Part shown: in pieces, positions 51,701 to 64,000 of the stretch
Numbering within the stretch: position 1 is the stretch's first letter
How the letters are laid out: each line of letters begins with the position of its first letter
Assembly: GCA_051362555.1 (NCBI GenBank)
Contig: CM120642.1
Location: 22,258,001 to 22,322,000 of the forward strand
From: Lingula anatina
Lineage: Eukaryota; Animalia; Brachiopoda
Direction of reading: 5' to 3'
DNA: 64,000 nt
Notes under the pieces: generated by a model
Databases searched by the model: none
What the model was told of the DNA's origin: nothing
The model's input: only the letters and a program-made list of their open reading frames with translations
Program-made: the position numbers and the translations under genes

Positions 51701-54700
51701 GTAATTTTCAGTTTTCTCAAATTTATATGCTCTGAAAAAATCTTATTCATGAGACACAGTCAACTGATGAGCTTTTCACAGATTTTTATCGTTGTTATGC
51801 ATCATCTGTCCAAATTTCACAAATATTGGACTAGATTTGTAAAAATTATTAACGTTTAACTATTTTAAGGCATAGCATTGTCAGTGTTTTCAGTGTCATT
51901 TTCAGTTTTCTTTAATTTATATGTTCTGAAAAAATCTTTTTCATTAGACATTGTCAACTGATTTGGTTTTTTTCAGATTTTTGTTGATGTTAAGCATGAT
52001 TTGTACAAATTTCACAAATATTGGACTAGATTTGTCAAAATTACTAACGTTTAACTATTTGAAGTCATGGACTTTGACAGTGTTTTCAGTGTTATTTTCA
52101 GTTCCAAAAATATCCTCTTTATTAGACACAGTCAACTCTTAAGCTAAACTTTATCAAAGTTATTAATGTTTAACTATTTAAGTCTGTGAAATTTGTCCAT
52201 TTTTAAATTTTAATTTTCACTTTTTTCAAATATATTGTTCTTTTTCCAGGTGACTTTTTCCATACAGCGTGGTGGGTTTTTTGATGAACTGATTCTTCCT
52301 GTCCGGTCATGGCTAATTCCTGTAGAAAAAACAGGCAGTGAAAGACAACAGCAAGAGCAATGGTCTGTCTCATCCATGTGTACAATAGATGGTATGTGGC
52401 AAGCTTTAGGACATTGTCAAATGGTGTGCTAAACATGATTCCAGAAACCGATTGTAAGGAGGAATCTGCATCTGGTATTGGTAGTAAGGAGAAGACTTGA
52501 ATGGGTATATATTTTTTTTGCAGAGGACAATTACACTTCTATGATACACAGTCAAGTGATAAGCTTATCACAGATTTTTATTACTGTTCAGCATCATTTG
52601 CCCAAATTCCACAAATATTCGACAAGATTTGTCAAAATTATTAACGTTTAACTATTTTATACCATGAAATTTGGCAGTATTTTTAGTGTTATTTTCAGTT
52701 TTTTCAACTTTATTGTCCTAAAAAAAAACTTTTCATTGGACCCAGTCAACTGATGAGCTTAGCACAGATTTTTATTGATTTTAAGCATCATTTGTACAAA
52801 TTTCACAAATATTCGACAAGATTTGTCAAAATTATTAACATTTAACTATTTTATACCATGAAATTTGGCAGTATTTTTAGTGTTATTTTCAGTTTTTCAA
52901 CTTTATTGTCCTAAAAAAATCTTTTTCATTGGACCCAGTCAACTGATGAGCTTATCACAGATTTTTATTGATTTTAAGCATCATTTGTACAAATTTCACA
53001 AATATTGGACTAGATTTGTCAAAATGATTAATATTTAACTATTTGAAGTCATGGACTTTGGCAGTCTTTTCAATGTAACATTCAGTTTTCTAAATTATAT
53101 TGTCCGAAAAAATCATTTTCATGAGACACAGTCAACTGATGAGCTTTTCACAGATTTTTATTGTTGTTATGAATGATCTGTCCAAATTTCACAGATATTG
53201 TACTAGATTTGTCAAAATTATTAACGTTTAACTATATTAATGCACCGAATTTGGTAGACTTCTCAATGTAATTTTCAGTTTTCTCAAATTTATATGCTCT
53301 GAAAAAATCTTATTCATGAGACACAGTCAACTGATGAGCTTTTCACAGATTTTTATCGTTGTTATGCATCATCTGTCCAAATTTCACAAATATTGGACTA
53401 GATTTGTAAAAATTATTAACGTTTAACTATTTTAAGGCATAGCATTGTCAGTGTTTTCAGTGTCATTTTCAGTTTTCTTTAATTTATATGTTCTGAAAAA
53501 ATCTTTTTCATTAGACATTGTCAACTGATTTGGTTTTTTTCAGATTTTTGTTGATGTTAAGCATGATTTGTACAAATTTCACAAATATTGGACTAGATTT
53601 GTCAAAATTACTAACGTTTAACTATTTGAAGTCATGGACTTTGACAGTGTTTTCAGTGTTATTTTCAGTTCCAAAAATATCCTCTTTATTAGACACAGTC
53701 AACTCTTAAGCTAAACTTTATCAAAGTTATTAATGTTTAACTATTTAAGTCTGTGAAATTTGTCCATTTTTAAATTTTAATTTTCACTTTTTTCAAATAT
53801 ATTGTTCTTTTTCCAGGTGACTTTTTCCATACAGCGTGGTGGGTTTTTTGATGAACTGATTCTTCCTGTCCGGTCATGGCTAATTCCTGTAGAAAAAACA
53901 GGCAGTGAAAGACAACAGCAAGAGCAATGGTCTGTCTCATCCATGTGTACAATAGATGGTATGTGGCAAGCTTTAGGACATTGTCAAATGGTGTGCTAAA
54001 CATGATTCCAGAAACCGATTGTAAGGAGGAATCTGCATCTGGTATTGGTAGTAAGGAGAAGACTTGAATGGGTATATATTTTTTTTGCAGAGGACAATTA
54101 CACTTCTATGATACACAGTCAAGTGATAAGCTTATCACAGATTTTTATTACTGTTCAGCATCATTTGCCCAAATTCCACAAATATTCGACAAGATTTGTC
54201 AAAATTATTAACGTTTAACTATTTTATACCATGAAATTTGGCAGTATTTTTAGTGTTATTTTCAGTTTTTTCAACTTTATTGTCCTAAAAAAAAACTTTT
54301 CATTGGACCCAGTCAACTGATGAGCTTAGCACAGATTTTTATTGATTTTAAGCATCATTTGTACAAATTTCACAAATATTCGACAAGATTTGTCAAAATT
54401 ATTAACATTTAACTATTTTATACCATGAAATTTGGCAGTATTTTTAGTGTTATTTTCAGTTTTTCAACTTTATTGTCCTAAAAAAATCTTTTTCATTGGA
54501 CCCAGTCAACTGATGAGCTTATCACAGATTTTTATTGATTTTAAGCATCATTTGTACAAATTTCACAAATATTGGACTAGATTTGTCAAAATGATTAATA
54601 TTTAACTATTTGAAGTCATGGACTTTGGCAGTCTTTTCAATGTAACATTCAGTTTTCTAAATTATATTGTCCGAAAAAATCATTTTCATGAGACACAGTC

Positions 54701-57700
54701 AACTGATGAGCTTTTCACAGATTTTTATTGTTGTTATGAATGATCTGTCCAAATTTCACAGATATTGTACTAGATTTGTCAAAATTATTAACGTTTAACT
54801 ATATTAATGCACCGAATTTGGTAGACTTCTCAATGTAATTTTCAGTTTTCTCAAATTTATATGCTCTGAAAAAATCTTATTCATGAGACACAGTCAACTG
54901 ATGAGCTTTTCACAGATTTTTATCGTTGTTATGCATCATCTGTCCAAATTTCACAAATATTGGACTAGATTTGTAAAAATTATTAACGTTTAACTATTTT
55001 AAGGCATAGCATTGTCAGTGTTTTCAGTGTCATTTTCAGTTTTCTTTAATTTATATGTTCTGAAAAAATCTTTTTCATTAGACATTGTCAACTGATTTGG
55101 TTTTTTTCAGATTTTTGTTGATGTTAAGCATGATTTGTACAAATTTCACAAATATTGGACTAGATTTGTCAAAATTACTAACGTTTAACTATTTGAAGTC
55201 ATGGACTTTGACAGTGTTTTCAGTGTTATTTTCAGTTCCAAAAATATCCTCTTTATTAGACACAGTCAACTCTTAAGCTAAACTTTATCAAAGTTATTAA
55301 TGTTTAACTATTTAAGTCTGTGAAATTTGTCCATTTTTAAATTTTAATTTTCACTTTTTTCAAATATATTGTTCTTTTTCCAGGTGACTTTTTCCATACA
55401 GCGTGGTGGGTTTTTTGATGAACTGATTCTTCCTGTCCGGTCATGGCTAATTCCTGTAGAAAAAACAGGCAGTGAAAGACAACAGCAAGAGCAATGGTCT
55501 GTCTCATCCATGTGTACAATAGATGGTATGTGGCAAGCTTTAGGACATTGTCAAATGGTGTGCTAAACATGATTCCAGAAACCGATTGTAAGGAGGAATC
55601 TGCATCTGGTATTGGTAGTAAGGAGAAGACTTGAATGGGTATATATTTTTTTTGCAGAGGACAATTACACTTCTATGATACACAGTCAAGTGATAAGCTT
55701 ATCACAGATTTTTATTACTGTTCAGCATCATTTGCCCAAATTCCACAAATATTCGACAAGATTTGTCAAAATTATTAACGTTTAACTATTTTATACCATG
55801 AAATTTGGCAGTATTTTTAGTGTTATTTTCAGTTTTTTCAACTTTATTGTCCTAAAAAAAAACTTTTCATTGGACCCAGTCAACTGATGAGCTTAGCACA
55901 GATTTTTATTGATTTTAAGCATCATTTGTACAAATTTCACAAATATTCGACAAGATTTGTCAAAATTATTAACATTTAACTATTTTATACCATGAAATTT
56001 GGCAGTATTTTTAGTGTTATTTTCAGTTTTTCAACTTTATTGTCCTAAAAAAATCTTTTTCATTGGACCCAGTCAACTGATGAGCTTATCACAGATTTTT
56101 ATTGATTTTAAGCATCATTTGTACAAATTTCACAAATATTGGACTAGATTTGTCAAAATGATTAATATTTAACTATTTGAAGTCATGGACTTTGGCAGTC
56201 TTTTCAATGTAACATTCAGTTTTCTAAATTATATTGTCCGAAAAAATCATTTTCATGAGACACAGTCAACTGATGAGCTTTTCACAGATTTTTATTGTTG
56301 TTATGAATGATCTGTCCAAATTTCACAGATATTGTACTAGATTTGTCAAAATTATTAACGTTTAACTATATTAATGCACCGAATTTGGTAGACTTCTCAA
56401 TGTAATTTTCAGTTTTCTCAAATTTATATGCTCTGAAAAAATCTTATTCATGAGACACAGTCAACTGATGAGCTTTTCACAGATTTTTATCGTTGTTATG
56501 CATCATCTGTCCAAATTTCACAAATATTGGACTAGATTTGTAAAAATTATTAACGTTTAACTATTTTAAGGCATAGCATTGTCAGTGTTTTCAGTGTCAT
56601 TTTCAGTTTTCTTTAATTTATATGTTCTGAAAAAATCTTTTTCATTAGACATTGTCAACTGATTTGGTTTTTTTCAGATTTTTGTTGATGTTAAGCATGA
56701 TTTGTACAAATTTCACAAATATTGGACTAGATTTGTCAAAATTACTAACGTTTAACTATTTGAAGTCATGGACTTTGACAGTGTTTTCAGTGTTATTTTC
56801 AGTTCCAAAAATATCCTCTTTATTAGACACAGTCAACTCTTAAGCTAAACTTTATCAAAGTTATTAATGTTTAACTATTTAAGTCTGTGAAATTTGTCCA
56901 TTTTTAAATTTTAATTTTCACTTTTTTCAAATATATTGTTCTTTTTCCAGGTGACTTTTTCCATACAGCGTGGTGGGTTTTTTGATGAACTGATTCTTCC
57001 TGTCCGGTCATGGCTAATTCCTGTAGAAAAAACAGGCAGTGAAAGACAACAGCAAGAGCAATGGTCTGTCTCATCCATGTGTACAATAGATGGTATGTGG
57101 CAAGCTTTAGGACATTGTCAAATGGTGTGCTAAACATGATTCCAGAAACCGATTGTAAGGAGGAATCTGCATCTGGTATTGGTAGTAAGGAGAAGACTTG
57201 AATGGGTATATATTTTTTTTGCAGAGGACAATTACACTTCTATGATACACAGTCAAGTGATAAGCTTATCACAGATTTTTATTACTGTTCAGCATCATTT
57301 GCCCAAATTCCACAAATATTCGACAAGATTTGTCAAAATTATTAACGTTTAACTATTTTATACCATGAAATTTGGCAGTATTTTTAGTGTTATTTTCAGT
57401 TTTTTCAACTTTATTGTCCTAAAAAAAAACTTTTCATTGGACCCAGTCAACTGATGAGCTTAGCACAGATTTTTATTGATTTTAAGCATCATTTGTACAA
57501 ATTTCACAAATATTCGACAAGATTTGTCAAAATTATTAACATTTAACTATTTTATACCATGAAATTTGGCAGTATTTTTAGTGTTATTTTCAGTTTTTCA
57601 ACTTTATTGTCCTAAAAAAATCTTTTTCATTGGACCCAGTCAACTGATGAGCTTATCACAGATTTTTATTGATTTTAAGCATCATTTGTACAAATTTCAC

Positions 57701-60700
57701 AAATATTGGACTAGATTTGTCAAAATGATTAATATTTAACTATTTGAAGTCATGGACTTTGGCAGTCTTTTCAATGTAACATTCAGTTTTCTAAATTATA
57801 TTGTCCGAAAAAATCATTTTCATGAGACACAGTCAACTGATGAGCTTTTCACAGATTTTTATTGTTGTTATGAATGATCTGTCCAAATTTCACAGATATT
57901 GTACTAGATTTGTCAAAATTATTAACGTTTAACTATATTAATGCACCGAATTTGGTAGACTTCTCAATGTAATTTTCAGTTTTCTCAAATTTATATGCTC
58001 TGAAAAAATCTTATTCATGAGACACAGTCAACTGATGAGCTTTTCACAGATTTTTATCGTTGTTATGCATCATCTGTCCAAATTTCACAAATATTGGACT
58101 AGATTTGTAAAAATTATTAACGTTTAACTATTTTAAGGCATAGCATTGTCAGTGTTTTCAGTGTCATTTTCAGTTTTCTTTAATTTATATGTTCTGAAAA
58201 AATCTTTTTCATTAGACATTGTCAACTGATTTGGTTTTTTTCAGATTTTTGTTGATGTTAAGCATGATTTGTACAAATTTCACAAATATTGGACTAGATT
58301 TGTCAAAATTACTAACGTTTAACTATTTGAAGTCATGGACTTTGACAGTGTTTTCAGTGTTATTTTCAGTTCCAAAAATATCCTCTTTATTAGACACAGT
58401 CAACTCTTAAGCTAAACTTTATCAAAGTTATTAATGTTTAACTATTTAAGTCTGTGAAATTTGTCCATTTTTAAATTTTAATTTTCACTTTTTTCAAATA
58501 TATTGTTCTTTTTCCAGGTGACTTTTTCCATACAGCGTGGTGGGTTTTTTGATGAACTGATTCTTCCTGTCCGGTCATGGCTAATTCCTGTAGAAAAAAC
58601 AGGCAGTGAAAGACAACAGCAAGAGCAATGGTCTGTCTCATCCATGTGTACAATAGATGGTATGTGGCAAGCTTTAGGACATTGTCAAATGGTGTGCTAA
58701 ACATGATTCCAGAAACCGATTGTAAGGAGGAATCTGCATCTGGTATTGGTAGTAAGGAGAAGACTTGAATGGGTATATATTTTTTTTGCAGAGGACAATT
58801 ACACTTCTATGATACACAGTCAAGTGATAAGCTTATCACAGATTTTTATTACTGTTCAGCATCATTTGCCCAAATTCCACAAATATTCGACAAGATTTGT
58901 CAAAATTATTAACGTTTAACTATTTTATACCATGAAATTTGGCAGTATTTTTAGTGTTATTTTCAGTTTTTTCAACTTTATTGTCCTAAAAAAAACTTTT
59001 CATTGGACCCAGTCAACTGATGAGCTTAGCACAGATTTTTATTGATTTTAAGCATCTTTTGTACAAATTTCACAAATATTCGACAAGATTTGTCAAAATT
59101 ATTAACATTTAACTATTTTATACCATGAAATTTGGCAGTATTTTTAGTGTTATTTTCAGTTTTTCAACTTTATTGTCCTAAAAAAATCTTTTTCATTGGA
59201 CCCAGTCAACTGATGAGCTTATCACAGATTTTTATTGATTTTAAGCATCATTTGTACAAATTTCACAAATATTGGACTAGATTTGTCAAAATGATTAATA
59301 TTTAACTATTTGAAGTCATGGACTTTGGCAGTCTTTTCAATGTAACATTCAGTTTTCTAAATTATATTGTCCGAAAAAATCATTTTCATGAGACACAGTC
59401 AACTGATGAGCTTTTCACAGATTTTTATTGTTGTTATGAATGATCTGTCCAAATTTCACAGATATTGTACTAGATTTGTCAAAATTATTAACGTTTAACT
59501 ATATTAATGCACCGAATTTGGTAGACTTCTCAATGTAATTTTCAGTTTTCTCAAATTTATATGCTCTGAAAAAATCTTATTCATGAGACACAGTCAACTG
59601 ATGAGCTTTTCACAGATTTTTATCGTTGTTATGCATCATCTGTCCAAATTTCACAAATATTGGACTAGATTTGTAAAAATTATTAACGTTTAACTATTTT
59701 AAGGCATAGCATTGTCAGTGTTTTCAGTGTCATTTTCAGTTTTCTTTAATTTATATGTTCTGAAAAAATCTTTTTCATTAGACATTGTCAACTGATTTGG
59801 TTTTTTTTAGATTTTTATTGATGTTAAGCATGATTTGTACAAATTTCACAAATATTGGACTAGATTTGTCAAAATTACTAACGTTTAACTATTTGAAGTC
59901 ATGGACTTTGACAGTGTTTTCAGTGTTATTTTCAGTTCCAAAAATATCCTCTTTATTAGACACAGTCAACTCTTAAGCTAAACTTTATCAAAGTTATTAA
60001 TGTTTAACTATTTAAGTCTGTGAAATTTGTCCATTTTTAAATTTTAATTTTCACTTTTTTCAAATATATTGTTCTTTTTCCAGGTGACTTTTTCCATACA
60101 GCGTGGTGGGTTTTTTGATGAACTGATTCTTCCTGTCCGGTCATGGCTAATTCCTGTAGAAAAAACAGGCAGTGAAAGACAACAGCAAGAGCAATGGTCT
60201 GTCTCATCCATGTGTACAATAGATGGTATGTGGCAAGCTTTAGGACATTGTCAAATGGTGTGCTAAACATGATTCCAGAAACCGATTGTAAGGAGGAATC
60301 TGCATCTGGTATTGGTAGTAAGGAGAAGACTTGAATGGGTATATATTTTTTTTGCAGAGGACAATTACACTTCTATGATACACAGTCAAGTGATAAGCTT
60401 ATCACAGATTTTTATTACTGTTCAGCATCATTTGCCCAAATTCCACAAATATTCGACAAGATTTGTCAAAATTATTAACGTTTAACTATTTTATACCATG
60501 AAATTTGGCAGTATTTTTAGTGTTATTTTCAGTTTTTTCAACTTTATTGTCCTAAAAAAAAACTTTTCATTGGACCCAGTCAACTGATGAGCTTAGCACA
60601 GATTTTTATTGATTTTAAGCATCATTTGTACAAATTTCACAAATATTCGACAAGATTTGTCAAAATTATTAACGTTTAACTATTTTATACCATGAAATTT

Positions 60701-63700
60701 GGCAGTATTTTTAGTGTTATTTTCAGTTTTTCAACTTTATTGTCCTAAAAAAATCTTTTTCATTGGACCCAGTCAACTGATGAGCTTATCACAGATTTTT
60801 ATTGATTTTAAGCATCATTTGTACAAATTTCACAAATATTGGACTAGATTTGTCAAAATGATTAATATTTAACTATTTGAAGTCATGGACTTTGGCAGTC
60901 TTTTCAATGTAACATTCAGTTTTCTAAATTATATTGTCCGAAAAAATCATTTTCATGAGACACAGTCAACTGATGAGCTTTTCACAGATTTTTATTGTTG
61001 TTATGAATGATCTGTCCAAATTTCACAGATATTGTACTAGATTTGTCAAAATTATTAACGTTTAACTATATTAATGCACCGAATTTGGTAGACTTCTCAA
61101 TGTAATTTTCAGTTTTCTCAAATTTATATGCTCTGAAAAAATCTTATTCATGAGACACAGTCAACTGATGAGCTTTTCACAGATTTTTATCGTTGTTATG
61201 CATCATCTGTCCAAATTTCACAAATATTGGACTAGATTTGTAAAAATTATTAACGTTTAACTATTTTAAGGCATAGCATTGTCAGTGTTTTCAGTGTCAT
61301 TTTCAGTTTTCTTTAATTTATATGTTCTGAAAAAATCTTTTTCATTAGACATCGTCAACTGATTTGGTTTTTTTCAGATTTTTATTGATGTTAAGCATGA
61401 TTTGTACAAATTTCACAAATATTGGACTAGATTTGTCAAAATTACTAACGTTTAACTATTTGAAGTCATGGACTTTGACAGTGTTTTCAGTGTTATTTTC
61501 AGTTCCAAAAATATCCTCTTTATTAGACACAGTCAACTATTAAGCTAAACTTTATCAAAGTTATTAATGTTTAACTATGTAAGTCTGTGAAATTTGTCCA
61601 TTTTTAAATTTTAATTTTCACTTTTTTCAAATATATTGTTCTTTTTCCAGGTGACTTTTTCCATACAGCGTGGTGGGTTTTTTGATGAACTGATTCTTCC
61701 TGTCCGGTCATGGCTAATTCCTGTAGAAAAAACAGGCAGTGAAAGACAACAGCAAGAGCAATGGTCTGTCTCATCCATGTGTACAATAGATGGTATGTGG
61801 CAAGCTTTAGGACATTGTCAAATGGTATGCTAAACATGATTCCAGAAACCAATTGTAAGGAGGAATCTGCATCTGGTATTGGTAGTAAGGAGAAGACTTG
61901 AATGGGTATATATTTTTTTTGCAGAGGACAATTACACTTCTATGATACACAGTCAACTGATAAGCTTATCACAGATTTTTATTACTGTTCAGCATCATTT
62001 GCCCAAATTCCACAAATATTCGACAAGATTTGTCAAAATTATTAACGTTTAACTATTTTATACCATGAAATTTGGTAGTATTTTTAGTGTTATTTTCAGT
62101 TTTTTCAACTTTATTGTCCTAAAAAAATCTTTTTCATTGGACCCAGTCAACTGATGAGCTTATCACAGATTTTTATTGATTTTAAGCATCATTTGTACAA
62201 ATTTCACAAATATTGGACTAGATTTGTCAAAATGATTAATATTTAACTATTTGAAGTCATGGACTTTGGCAGTCTTTTCAATGTAACATTCAGTTTTCTA
62301 AAATATATTGTCCGAAAAAAATCATTTTCATGAGACACAGTCAACTGATGAGCTTTTCACAGATTTTTATTGTTGTTATGAATGATCTGTCGAAATTTCA
62401 CAGATATTGTACTAGATTTGTCAAAATTATTAACGTTTAACTATATTAATGCACCGAATTTGGTAGACTTCTCAATGTAATTTTCAGTTTTCTCAAATTT
62501 ATATGCTCTGAAAAAATCTTATTCATGAGACACAGTCAACTGATGAGCTTTTCACAGATTTTTATCGTTGTTATGCATCATCTGTCCAAATTTCACAAAT
62601 ATTGGACTAGATTTGTAAAAATTATTAACGTTTAACTATTTTAAGGCATAGCATTGTCAGTGTTTTCAGTGTCATTTTCAGTTTTCTTTAATTTATATGT
62701 TCTGAAAAAATCTTTTTCATTAGACATTGTCAACTGATTTGGTTTTTTTCAGATTTTTGTTGATGTTAAGCATGATTTGTACAAATTTCACAAATATTGG
62801 ACTAGATTTGTCAAAATTACTAACGTTTAACTATTTGAAGTCATGGACTTTGACAGTGTTTTCAGTGTTATTTTCAGTTCCAAAAATATCCTCTTTATTA
62901 GACACAGTCAACTCTTAAGCTAAACTTTATCAAAGTTATTAATGTTTAACTATTTAAGTCTGTGAAATTTGTCCATTTTTAAATTTTAATTTTCACTTTT
63001 TTCAAATATATTGTTCTTTTTCCAGGTGACTTTTTCCATACAGCGTGGTGGGTTTTTTGATGAACTGATTCTTCCTGTCCGGTCATGGCTAATTCCTGTA
63101 GAAAAAACAGGCAGTGAAAGACAACAGCAAGAGCAATGGTCTGTCTCATCCATGTGTACAATAGATGGTATGTGGCAAGCTTTAGGACATTGTCAAATGG
63201 TGTGCTAAACATGATTCCAGAAACCGATTGTAAGGAGGAATCTGCATCTGGTATTGGTAGTAAGGAGAAGACTTGAATGGGTATATATTTTTTTTGCAGA
63301 GGACAATTACACTTCTATGATACACAGTCAAGTGATAAGCTTATCACAGATTTTTATTACTGTTCAGCATCATTTGCCCAAATTCCACAAATATTCGACA
63401 AGATTTGTCAAAATTATTAACGTTTAACTATTTTATACCATGAAATTTGGCAGTATTTTTAGTGTTATTTTCAGTTTTTTCAACTTTATTGTCCTAAAAA
63501 AAAACTTTTCATTGGACCCAGTCAACTGATGAGCTTAGCACAGATTTTTATTGATTTTAAGCATCATTTGTACAAATTTCACAAATATTCGACAAGATTT
63601 GTCAAAATTATTAACATTTAACTATTTTATACCATGAAATTTGGCAGTATTTTTAGTGTTATTTTCAGTTTTTCAACTTTATTGTCCTAAAAAAATCTTT

Positions 63701-64000
63701 TTCATTGGACCCAGTCAACTGATGAGCTTATCACAGATTTTTATTGATTTTAAGCATCATTTGTACAAATTTCACAAATATTGGACTAGATTTGTCAAAA
63801 TGATTAATATTTAACTATTTGAAGTCATGGACTTTGGCAGTCTTTTCAATGTAACATTCAGTTTTCTAAATTATATTGTCCGAAAAAATCATTTTCATGA
63901 GACACAGTCAACTGATGAGCTTTTCACAGATTTTTATTGTTGTTATGAATGATCTGTCCAAATTTCACAGATATTGTACTAGATTTGTCAAAATTATTAA
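33655..64000 (+). repeat. Higher-order tandem array (macrosatellite): modal unit 1567 bp = ~6 monomers of ~195 bp + unique block; 19 units visible; runs off the window
   Basis: Unit spacings from ORF-track recurrences: 1568, 1954, 1565, 1758, 1958, 1567, 1567, 1958, 1567, 1567, 1566, 1567 x4, 1566, 1567, 1375. They differ by whole monomers. Confidence 0.98.

Noticed and set aside
35176-63212. Repeated 63/65/77-aa ORFs as a tandem protein gene family
   Set aside because: They recur only because the DNA is repeated. Against the diverged left copy (2849-3181) the changes are mostly non-synonymous with frameshifts, and the plus-frame ORF has a stop in the paralogue.
34150-63930. Hammerhead ribozymes suggested by recurrent CTGATGAG in monomers
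   Set aside because: No stem II followed by GAAA is present; the motif is a variant of the palindrome TGATAAGCTTATCA.
33655-64000. CRISPR-like repeat/spacer array
   Set aside because: Units are ~1.5 kb, the unique blocks are near-identical rather than variable spacers, the context is eukaryotic and there are no cas genes.

Overview
AT-rich eukaryotic (metazoan) genomic DNA; the repeat content suggests a mollusc or other lophotrochozoan (inference). No recognisable host protein-coding gene. The left half is a transposon stack: a decayed Tc1 element (6-1659); three Helentron-type non-autonomous elements (HINEs); a four-level nest HINE > TTAA-target TIR element > 5'-truncated L2-group LINE > intact DIRS tyrosine-recombinase retrotransposon (6944-11585); and a decayed RTEX-like LINE (18.7-24.8 kb) split by a HINE. 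The right half (33.65-64 kb) is a higher-order tandem array with a ~1567-bp unit made of ~195-bp monomers plus a unique block. Once the insertions are removed, ~1.8-18.2 kb and ~30.5-64 kb are two diverged, head-to-head inverted paralogues. Each starts with an Inr-like motif, a near-invariant ~70-bp block containing a 17-codon ORF and a GTAAGT donor. Each then runs into repeated 141/142-nt non-coding exon-like cassettes with conserved AG/GT sites (3 copies left, 19 copies right). This is a candidate pair of repeat-built spliced lncRNA genes; no transcript evidence is available here. Other points: a candidate -1 frameshift signal joining DIRS gag to pol, and two hairpin insertions with 7-bp TSDs that resemble P-element excision footprints.
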